DNA of 23,450 nt from a virus. Positions 16,275 through 23,450 of the stretch are shown here, in pieces; the first letter of the stretch is position 1, and every line of letters begins with the position of its first letter. The position numbers and the translations under genes were made by a program. The stretch lies in the IMG/VR virus record IMGVR_UViG_3300032157_000003; one strand, written 5' to 3'. Below the pieces are notes generated by a model that was not told the origin of the DNA, did no database searches, and saw only the letters and a list, made by a program, of their open reading frames with translations.

Positions 16275-17383
16275 CAGTCTTCTCCCAACCCGGCCAGCGT
16301 GCGGCCCCAGAACGACAGGAACAGGTCCAGCAGATCAGGCGCGTCCTTCAGGTCGTCCATCACCACCTTGTCGATGGATTGGAAATCGTAGGACACGGCG
16401 TCACCACCGGTGGCCTTGACGATCTCCGCCTTGTTGCGGATCGCCAGCGGCTCGTAGGTCGTCCACAGGCCACGGATCGCCTTGGCCATGTGCATCACGT
16501 GTTCTGGTGGTAGCTTCCCGACGATCTCAATGAACTGGACCCCCTGCGGAACTGTCTCAGGAATGCCACCGATCAATGCCTCGGCGTCGAGCTGGACGTA
16601 CTTGCCCTCCGGCGACCAGATGGTACGGAACTCATGCCCGCCGTCCGCCTTGATCTCCAGCACACGCTTTGGCCCGATGTCACCGAAGCCAGTTGGGTGC
16701 ATGTTGCCGAGGATGATCACCCGGCCCTCGAAGTCCTCGCGGGGGTGGTGGTCGTGACCAATCAGGATGTAGTCGATCCCTGCATCCAGCAAATCCTTGG
16801 CCTGCTTGCGGGTCAGCGACAGGGCTGTCTCGTCCACGGCGAACCCGGAGTCGTAGTTGCAGTGCAGGCAGAGGTAAGCCTTGGGCTTCACGCTGCGGGT
16901 GATCTGGCGCTGGTGCGCCCACTCCATCACGTCATCCAGCGAGCGCTGGAACAACTCGTCGGTGGTGTGATGCGGCACGAAAATGAAGTCGAAGCCGGCA
17001 ATCGAGTTCAGGTAGCAGCGCGACTCACCGAAGCCCGACAGCAGGATTTTGCAGTCGGACTCGTACTCTTCCATCAGGTGGCTCAGGAACTCCAGGCTCC
17101 CGACCTTGTTCTTGTCGGCGGTGACGTCGTGGTTGCCGGCCATGATGTAGTCGCTGTTCTCGGCAATCCGCAGCCCCTGCTGAATCACCACCTCGGGGTT
17201 GGTGAACTGGTCGAACAGGTCGCCCAAGCAGACCTTGTAGCAGCCCGCCGGGGAGTCCTTCAGGGTGTCGTCCACGGTCTTGTAAATGGTGTCGCGCAAC
17301 CGCGCACGGCTGTTGGTGGTGGTGTGGGCCTGCATCGTGCGGCCCAAGTGTGGATCGGTGTAGACGGTAATCACTGTGGTCAT
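16274..17383 (-). CDS. SbcD/Mre11-like metallophosphoesterase nuclease (T4 gp47 / T5 D12-like)
   Basis: DPHLG, GDLFD, GNHD, H and GHDH motifs; paired with the SbcC-like gene. Confidence 0.92.
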   Translation of the reverse strand: MTTVITVYTDPHLGRTMQAHTTTNSRARLRDTIYKTVDDTLKDSPAGCYKVCLGDLFDQFTNPEVVIQQGLRIAENSDYIMAGNHDVTADKNKVGSLEFLSHLMEEYESDCKILLSGFGESRCYLNSIAGFDFIFVPHHTTDELFQRSLDDVMEWAHQRQITRSVKPKAYLCLHCNYDSGFAVDETALSLTRKQAKDLLDAGIDYILIGHDHHPREDFEGRVIILGNMHPTGFGDIGPKRVLEIKADGGHEFRTIWSPEGKYVQLDAEALIGGIPETVPQGVQFIEIVGKLPPEHVMHMAKAIRGLWTTYEPLAIRNKAEIVKATGGDAVSYDFQSIDKVVMDDLKDAPDLLDLFLSFWGRTLAGLGED

Positions 17384-17384
17384 G

Positions 17385-17879
17385 TCAGGCCCCCGCCGCG
17401 CTGAAGCGCGGGTTGTCGATCAGTGCGGCCTCGAAGACCGCCTTAAATTCCTTGAAACTCTTGAAGTGCATAACGATCCCATCGGGCTTGAGTCGCCCCC
17501 TGTAACTTGCACGGACCGTAGCCACGTGCTCGCCTGACCATAATTCAATTGCCCCGTCCTGCTGCGACAGGAACAGGACGTGGGTGACTGCCCCGGCCCG
17601 CGCCCAAAAGCGGAGTTGTGCTGCCTGACTGGTGTTCATCAGCGAGGACAAGCCACTCACCAGCGTCTGGTGCGTGTGGCTCGACTTCAGCTCGAACAGG
17701 TGCAGGTGTTGTTCCATCAAGAAGAAGAAGTCCCCCGGCTGCTCCGGCATGTACCCGCCTGCCGAGTGTGCGTCGTACAGGCGGTGAACCGCCGCCCGGT
17801 GCCGGGTGGTGATCCCCTTGCACAGCAGGCGGAAATCTTCCTCAAACTCCTTCCCTACCTCTTGCGGCGTCTTGGCCAT
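17385..17879 (-). CDS. PD-(D/E)XK endonuclease, Holliday-junction-resolvase-like (RecU/Hjc type)
   Basis: GKEFE...PGDFF...FELKS catalytic pattern; recombination context. Confidence 0.7.
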   Translation of the reverse strand: MAKTPQEVGKEFEEDFRLLCKGITTRHRAAVHRLYDAHSAGGYMPEQPGDFFFLMEQHLHLFELKSSHTHQTLVSGLSSLMNTSQAAQLRFWARAGAVTHVLFLSQQDGAIELWSGEHVATVRASYRGRLKPDGIVMHFKSFKEFKAVFEAALIDNPRFSAAGA

Positions 17880-17888
17880 GGTCTTCCC

Positions 17889-18392
17889 TCAATCACACGA
17901 ACTGCTGGAGCTGCTGCTGGAGCTGCTGTCGCAACTCGAACTGCTGCTGGAACTGCTGTCGCCGCCGTAGCTGCTGTAGCTGGAGCTGCAAGAGCTGTGG
18001 GAGCGAGAAGGTGTGTAATCGTCGTCAGACCTCGACGTGTGGCGGTGTTCGCTGTGGGAGCGAACTGGCGCGCACTCCGGTTCGTCCCTGCGAGTGTCGG
18101 TCTGGTTCATCGGGTTCAACGGGCTCAACGGGTGAGCCGGGTTCATCAGGTAGTCGTCGCGCCCGCTGCGATCCGCAGGCCTGGAACTTGACGACGCTGA
18201 CCTCGGTGGTGGCGGTGCTGACGAAAACTTCGGCGGTGGTGGTGTCGCTGACCTCGGGTTTCTCACAGGCGGCATTTGGGGCCGCTTAACGTCCCTTGGC
18301 CAGACCGGTTCTGACGTCTCGTTCGCAAAGTCCTTTGCGACTTCACGCTTGCTCTTCTTCTTGCGGAACAGCGACAGCAGGAACTCGAACAT
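17889..18392 (-). CDS. Low-complexity Pro/Ser-rich protein (167 aa)
   Basis: Start reassigned to ATG 18392 (MFEFLLSLF) with AGGAG RBS; poly-Ser C-terminus. Confidence 0.75.
   Translation of the reverse strand: MFEFLLSLFRKKKSKREVAKDFANETSEPVWPRDVKRPQMPPVRNPRSATPPPPKFSSAPPPPRSASSSSRPADRSGRDDYLMNPAHPLSPLNPMNQTDTRRDEPECAPVRSHSEHRHTSRSDDDYTPSRSHSSCSSSYSSYGGDSSSSSSSSCDSSSSSSSSSSCD
18322..18341. repeat. Dispersed palindrome copy 3: TTCGCAAAG-TC-CTTTGCGAC
   Basis: 8-bp perfect arms, one terminal mismatch to the consensus; inside the Ser-rich gene. Confidence 0.85.
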
Positions 18393-18403
18393 GGTGTAAC
18401 TCC

Positions 18404-19672
18404 TTAGCAGAGAACAGCAATGCGACGTGGGCGAGAACATGCAACGTAGAGGCTTTGCAGTGCTTCCAGAGTGTTCTGGTTGCACAGGATGTCGCCGGTA
18501 TCGACGAACACGGTGTCGTAGGTCGACCCCTGCGCCCGGTGCGAAGTGATCGCGTGGCACGGACGAATGTCGTGGATCGAGTCCTTCAAGTCCCAGAACG
18601 CTGCCCAAGAGCCGTTGCCGATCCGGGCGCTGTTCGACATTTCGGTGAGCATGGCGTTGTAGTCGCGGCGGCTGTCCTCGTGGACCACGAAGCCGACCAC
18701 CCACTGATCCCAGAAGTCCGGCTGGATGGTCATGGCGTAGACTTTCAGGTTGCCGTAGATCGGGTGCTGCATGATGACCACGTGCTCGACGGTGCCTTCC
18801 TCGTCGGTCGCCATGCCCAGCTCATCGCCCACCATGATCGGCTGGCAGGTAACGACCCGCTCACCTTCGTGGAACGGCATCTCGGCAGCCATCTTTGGCC
18901 CGTACATCGCATCGCGGATCAGCTCGTTGTAGAACTTCACCGTGTCGTTGCGCCACGCGATCACCTTGAACGAGTTAGGGTTGGCCTTGTAGCTGTCCGA
19001 GGTGAACGCCTCGCAGGCACGGCGGCGCAGCGCCTTCCAGTTCAGTTTGTAGACGCCGCCGTGCTCGTCGTTGTCCGAGTCGAGCGACAGGTGCGCCTGC
19101 CCTGCCTGGACCAACCGGATGTGGTTGGCGAGGGTCAGAATCTGGTTGTCGTGGCGCTCCACCTTGGTCAGCTTGCGGTAGTAGCGGATGTCCAGCACCT
19201 GCGAGCGCTCCTGACCCACAGGCGGCAACTGGCAGCCGTCGCCCATGAACAGGAACTTCACGCCGAACTCCCGCGCTGCACGGCAGATGTGGCCGAACAG
19301 GGAGTCGTTCACCATCGAGCCTTCGTCCACCACGATGACGTCGTACTGGTTGGCCTTGTTGCCTTCCTCGTTGACGGTGATCTCGCGGCACTCGCCGTTG
19401 CTGTCCAAGCGCAGACCCAGCAGGGAGTAGATGGTGCTGGCGTCGATGGTGCCTTCCAGCTCCTGCCGCGCAGTCTCGCGCAGCACCTTGGAGGCCTTGT
19501 TGGTTGGTGCGGTCAAGGCGACCCGCAAGCGGGTCTCCCTGATGAATGTCTGCACGCAGGTGGTCTTACCTGTACCGGCGCTTCCCAGCAGCAGGAAGAA
19601 CGGCTCCACTCCCTTGGCGAAGACGTGCATCTCGTCTACGGCTCCGCGCTGGTCACTGTTCAACTGGATCAT
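18404..19672 (-). CDS. Dda/RecD-like SF1B helicase
   Basis: GSAGTGKT, APTNKA, VDEGSMV, GDGCQLPPV, TSHRAQGSTYD and YVACSRP motifs. Confidence 0.92.
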   Translation of the reverse strand: MIQLNSDQRGAVDEMHVFAKGVEPFFLLLGSAGTGKTTCVQTFIRETRLRVALTAPTNKASKVLRETARQELEGTIDASTIYSLLGLRLDSNGECREITVNEEGNKANQYDVIVVDEGSMVNDSLFGHICRAAREFGVKFLFMGDGCQLPPVGQERSQVLDIRYYRKLTKVERHDNQILTLANHIRLVQAGQAHLSLDSDNDEHGGVYKLNWKALRRRACEAFTSDSYKANPNSFKVIAWRNDTVKFYNELIRDAMYGPKMAAEMPFHEGERVVTCQPIMVGDELGMATDEEGTVEHVVIMQHPIYGNLKVYAMTIQPDFWDQWVVGFVVHEDSRRDYNAMLTEMSNSARIGNGSWAAFWDLKDSIHDIRPCHAITSHRAQGSTYDTVFVDTGDILCNQNTLEALQSLYVACSRPRRIAVLC

Positions 19673-19698
19673 GTCTTACTCCCCTTATTGATCTTTGC

Positions 19699-22600
19699 TT
19701 ACCGACGCCACCCTTCGGCGTACCACTTGTCGAACAGCGCGGTGATCTTCTTCTCCGAAGGCCGGTCGTGCAGTTCGTTGGCCGCAACCTCGTGCCAGTT
19801 CCTGCCGATGGACACCTCTGCCAGCATCGGAATCTTGTGGCCTGGAGGTGTGATGTTCATGATGTCCTGCGCACGCTCGACGAACTCGAAAACGTTGTCG
19901 ATTGGAACGCTGTTGGTCAATTCGTCATAAACCGGGGCGTACAGGATTGCGTGTGTCTCTTCGTACAGGCGGGTGTGGTGAGCGTTGGTCAGTACGACCT
20001 TCAGCACGTCAGCAGCGCCGCCCTGAATCTTGTGGTTCACCGTCTGCCGCTCAGCGCGTGCCCGCAGGCTGCCTTCCCGGCTGAGGATGTTCACGTCGCA
20101 GTGCTTGCGAGTGCCAAAGGCCGTGGTGATGTAGCCCTGTGTCCGGCCTTCTGCGATGGTCTCCTGCTGCCACGCACCGAGGCGCGGGTAACCGGCGAAC
20201 ACACCGTCGATGATCTTCTGTGCCGCCCGCTCAGGGATGCCCAGCTTCATGCCCATCGAGAACGCCTGACCGCCGTAGATGATCAGGAAGTTAACGGTCT
20301 TGGCCATTTTCCTGACCTTGACGATGGTCTTCTGCAACTTGTCGCCAACCACCTCGAAGCGTTCGTACACCGGGTCTTTGCGGTCCAGCAGGTTGCAGAA
20401 CAGCTCGTAGTCCAGCGTGCCCGTCTCGCTCCAGATCAGCTCGTCGAGGATGCGCTTGCCCAGCTCCTGCTCCAGCACGTGACTGGCGAAGGTGCAGCCG
20501 GTCATGGCGTGGATGTCGCGGAAGTTGGCGCGGGTCATGCCGTCTTCGTCGATGTACGTCCCGCCTGCCGTGTAGGCCTCGATCAGTACCGGGTCGTTCG
20601 ACTCGGAGCCGGTGATGCGCAGCTCCTGCCCGGAGAAGTCGAGCGACACCGACACGTGGCTCGGGAAGCGCGGGATGAAGATGCCCCGCAGCGGACCCTT
20701 GGACACAGCCAGCACGTTCAGGTTGGAGCCAGCAGGGCGGCGGGTCACGGTGCCGCAGTTACGGGTGCCGGGGTGAACCGCGCCGTCGCGTGGGTGTTTC
20801 CAGTGCGGGTACTTCTTGTAGTACAGGGAGAAGCGGGTCTGACATTCCTTGACCTCAAGGAACTTCTGCAACAGCTCACGGCGCCAGTCGCCTTCAGGGC
20901 AGTCCTCTGCCAGTGCAGCCATCACCGACTCTTCGTTGGTGCTTGGCGCACCTTCCAGGCCCAGCTTGTCGCGCTGCGAACCACGGTCAGGGAAGGTGCG
21001 GATGCGAACCGGCAGAGCCAGCATGCAGTACAGCATCTCGGTCATCTGCTTGGCCGAACCGAAGTTCAGCTCGCAGCCTGTCTCGATCACCTTGCCGCTC
21101 TCGTGCAGGATGTTGGCCTCGACGTACTGCTTCAGCGCCTCGAAGGCGGAACCCTTGCGCTCCTTGAACTCCTGCATACCGCACTCGGCCAGCAGGGTGA
21201 TCAGCTTGTCAGCCCGTGGGTCCACGCCCTCGGCGGTCAGGTCAGCCTTGATGCTGATCAGCCACTCGGTCAGGCCGGCAGCGCTCAGCTTCTCCAGCGG
21301 GGTCTTGATCCCCACCAGTTCGGCGCAGCGGCTGAAGCCCTTGGCGGTCGGCATGAACTCTTCAGGACGATGCGATGACGTGAACGGCACGTACACCGAC
21401 GCCTCGGTCCAGCGGATCACCGACTCAGCCAGCTTGGCCGTGGCCTGCGCCCGGTTCAGTTCCTTGGACATATGCAGACGAATCTGCGCCTCGCCCTCGG
21501 CACGCTTGAGCTCCATCGCCCCTGCCGGGTTCTGCTCGCGGCAGTGCTCGGACAGCAGCTCGCGGATGCGCAGCATGTTGGTGTCGATGGTGAGTTGGTC
21601 GGCCACCTTCAGGCGTTCCATCTCTTCGTAGTCGATCATCATGCCGGCTTCAAACGACCGGTTGAACGGGTGGCAGGTGAAGCGGTCGCGGTAGTAGGCG
21701 AAGTCCCACTGCTCTTCGAGGCAGAGCGTCAGGTACTGGAGCATGAACAGGCGACCGGACACGTAGGAGTCGTCACAGCCGTAGGCCAGCACCTGCTCAC
21801 CGGTCAGGTCGCGCATGTCCTTGGCGCCGTGCTTCTCCAGCAGGTCCTTGAACTTGGTTTGCTCGTAGGCGAAGTACAGGTTGGTCTGGTCCTTCAGGCC
21901 TGCGAACTGGTTTTCATCGACGTAGCTGGCGAGGACCTGGGTGCAGATCGGACCTTCCAGTTGGAAGTTCAGGTCCTGCTTCGACAGTTGTTCCTCGAAC
22001 CGGGCGTTGTGCGCCACGTAGTCCAGCTCAGCTTCTTCGATCAACGTCAGGAAGCTGGCGAGGGCGTCCCGTGGAGCATTCGCGGTATCGCGGTGCTGAA
22101 CAGGGATGTAAACGGTGTGCTGGAGGTTTGCTCCATAGCAGAACGAGCCGCCGGTCAGGCGCTGCGAGAGCACGTCAACGAAGTCTCCTTTGGCGGCGTC
22201 CGGCAGGGCTGGCTTCCAGTCCTTGCCGAGTGCGTCATAGGATTCATAGTCGAAAGGAACGTAGGGGGTTTCGCAAAGTGCTTTGCGAAAGTGATCGAGA
22301 GTAGCAGGGACATCCTGTTCTTCGATCAGGGCGAAGCGGGGCAGGAACGGCTCGAACACATCGAACATGTAGTCCGCGCCTGCGGAGTGCAGGACTTGCT
22401 TCACACGCTCAGCGTCCGCCATGCGGACGTACCACTCAGGCTTGATGATCTCCTTGGCGGTGGCGCGGTGGCACAACTCAGGGTGCAGGTCAGCCAGCAG
22501 GTACATGGTCCGCCAGATGCCCCGGTTTTCGTACAGCTTGTTCAACACTTTGCAGTTGGTGGCTTCGACCGCCATCTTGAGATAGCTGAAGTCGTTGGCC

Positions 22601-23268
22601 CGTACACAGGCTTCCAGCTCCTGCATCCCGTCCAGCTCGTAGGTGTCCAGCAGGAACTGGAACGCCTTCGGTCCAATCTGCGGCACGCCGCCGTACTCGT
22701 CGGAGGTGTCGCCCACCATAGACTTGTACAGACGAATCAGGTGGTGCGGATGGCCCTCGAACTCCGTGGTGACTTCGCCGCCGACCAGAACCACGCAGTC
22801 GCTGTCGGTCAGTTGCACGAGATCGCCGTCAACGGTGTAGACCAGCTTCGGAACACCCTTGACCCGCTTGCACAGGGCGCCGATCACGTCGTCCGCTTCG
22901 GTGCCTTGCACGATGACGTTGTGCGCGCCGATGTAGGCCAGCAGCACCTTCGCCTTCTTGTACAGGTCAGCGAGTTGGACTTCCTGCGCTTCGTTCTTCG
23001 GTCGGGATTTCCGCTTGATTTTGTAGTCAGGGAAGATCGACGTTCGATAGTCCGTGCCACCGTCCCAGACCGCAACGATGTTCAGGGGGGCGAACTCTTG
23101 GAGGATGCCCCGCAGGTAACCTTCAATGAAGGTACGGAGGCCGAAACCGGAGGTGTTGACTGGGGTGCCGCTGGCGTCGAGAACGGCGTCAGGGTCTTTG
23201 CCGCGAAAGTACGAGTGGATCAACAGTCCCTTGATGTCGAGCAGGACGATCCCAGGAATTTTAAGCAT
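19699..23268 (-). CDS. polA: Family A DNA polymerase with fused 5'-3' nuclease and 3'-5' exonuclease domains
   Basis: 5' nuclease motifs WDGG, PDYK, EADD, DGDL, GDTSD; Exo motifs FDYES, HNARFE, YGCDD; polymerase motifs DFSGQELR, RKMAKTVNFLIIYG, VYDE. Start at ATG 23268 with AAGGT RBS. Confidence 0.95.
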   Translation of the reverse strand: MLKIPGIVLLDIKGLLIHSYFRGKDPDAVLDASGTPVNTSGFGLRTFIEGYLRGILQEFAPLNIVAVWDGGTDYRTSIFPDYKIKRKSRPKNEAQEVQLADLYKKAKVLLAYIGAHNVIVQGTEADDVIGALCKRVKGVPKLVYTVDGDLVQLTDSDCVVLVGGEVTTEFEGHPHHLIRLYKSMVGDTSDEYGGVPQIGPKAFQFLLDTYELDGMQELEACVRANDFSYLKMAVEATNCKVLNKLYENRGIWRTMYLLADLHPELCHRATAKEIIKPEWYVRMADAERVKQVLHSAGADYMFDVFEPFLPRFALIEEQDVPATLDHFRKALCETPYVPFDYESYDALGKDWKPALPDAAKGDFVDVLSQRLTGGSFCYGANLQHTVYIPVQHRDTANAPRDALASFLTLIEEAELDYVAHNARFEEQLSKQDLNFQLEGPICTQVLASYVDENQFAGLKDQTNLYFAYEQTKFKDLLEKHGAKDMRDLTGEQVLAYGCDDSYVSGRLFMLQYLTLCLEEQWDFAYYRDRFTCHPFNRSFEAGMMIDYEEMERLKVADQLTIDTNMLRIRELLSEHCREQNPAGAMELKRAEGEAQIRLHMSKELNRAQATAKLAESVIRWTEASVYVPFTSSHRPEEFMPTAKGFSRCAELVGIKTPLEKLSAAGLTEWLISIKADLTAEGVDPRADKLITLLAECGMQEFKERKGSAFEALKQYVEANILHESGKVIETGCELNFGSAKQMTEMLYCMLALPVRIRTFPDRGSQRDKLGLEGAPSTNEESVMAALAEDCPEGDWRRELLQKFLEVKECQTRFSLYYKKYPHWKHPRDGAVHPGTRNCGTVTRRPAGSNLNVLAVSKGPLRGIFIPRFPSHVSVSLDFSGQELRITGSESNDPVLIEAYTAGGTYIDEDGMTRANFRDIHAMTGCTFASHVLEQELGKRILDELIWSETGTLDYELFCNLLDRKDPVYERFEVVGDKLQKTIVKVRKMAKTVNFLIIYGGQAFSMGMKLGIPERAAQKIIDGVFAGYPRLGAWQQETIAEGRTQGYITTAFGTRKHCDVNILSREGSLRARAERQTVNHKIQGGAADVLKVVLTNAHHTRLYEETHAILYAPVYDELTNSVPIDNVFEFVERAQDIMNITPPGHKIPMLAEVSIGRNWHEVAANELHDRPSEKKITALFDKWYAEGWRR
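22269..22290. repeat. Dispersed palindrome copy 4: TTTCGCAAAG-TG-CTTTGCGAAA
   Basis: 10-bp arms; 21 bp identical to 12223-12243; inside polA. Confidence 0.92.
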
Positions 23269-23294
23269 GGCTCTACCTTTGTGCAGACGTGCGG

Positions 23295-23326
23295 AAAGAA
23301 AGGCCCGGTGGTTTCCCACCGGGCTT
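23295..23326 (-). terminator. Intrinsic terminator upstream of polA
   Basis: Minus strand GCCCGGTGG-GAAA-CCACCGGGC followed by CTTTCTTT. Confidence 0.85.
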
Positions 23327-23342
23327 ACCTGTCTTGATCAGA

Positions 23343-23450
23343 TCAGTTCAGGCTGACCAGCTTGAAGTTCCACGGGTAGAACGGGAACTTCGTGTTGGTC
23401 ACTTTCTCGCCGCGAGAGAAGTTGGTCTGGTAGCCGTTAGGGTCCAGGCC
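23343..23450 (-). CDS. 3' end of an upstream gene (unknown; possibly an abundant replication protein such as an SSB)
   Basis: Open frame GLDPNGYQTNFSRGEKVTNTKFPFYPWNFKLVSLN* with genome-like codon usage, followed by a terminator. Confidence 0.6.
   Translation of the reverse strand, partial: GLDPNGYQTNFSRGEKVTNTKFPFYPWNFKLVSLN

Noticed and set aside
17895-18000. GCT/GGA microrepeats as a CRISPR array or VNTR
   Set aside because: They simply encode poly-Ser; no repeat-spacer structure.
18393-18704. Upstream extensions of ORF-track calls (also 3934-3972, 13815-13985, 23269-23319)
   Set aside because: They overlap neighbouring genes or the terminator; downstream ATGs have better RBS and coupling.
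19699-23268. Intein or intron explaining the large PolA
   Set aside because: No C/S...HN splice junctions or LAGLIDADG motifs seen; size is accounted for by the 5' nuclease domain and insertions.
14231-23337. Long + strand ORFs (275, 318, 544, 610 and 621 aa) opposite the replication genes
   Set aside because: Same antisense shadow effect; the minus-strand genes carry clear catalytic motifs.

Overview
GC-rich tailed-phage (or phage-plasmid/prophage) DNA with two convergent arms. The + strand (1-13319) is a late morphogenesis operon. It carries the 3' part of a tape-measure gene, tail-tip genes (Dit-like, two paralogous proteins with C-terminal Ig-like domains, a hub-like protein), fibre/tailspike genes, and a separately promoted lysis-type cassette (TM/coiled-coil protein, holin, DUF1353) with no recognisable endolysin. 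The - strand (13306-23450) is a replication/recombination arm: three-domain PolA, Dda-like SF1B helicase, Ser-rich protein, PD-(D/E)XK resolvase-like nuclease, SbcD/SbcC (Mre11/Rad50)-like pair and a TraR/DksA-like protein. Two DNA-level signals are not explained by the genes. The first is a dispersed palindrome, TTCGCAAAG-N2/3-CTTTGCGAA, present four times: three inside genes in unrelated reading frames and one just upstream of the lysis-cassette promoter. The second is a perfect bacterial chromosomal parS site (TGTTCCACGTGGAACA) inside the sbcC-like gene. Together they suggest a dispersed centromere/operator system plus possible use of host ParB. All calls come from motif recognition by eye; no searches were run.
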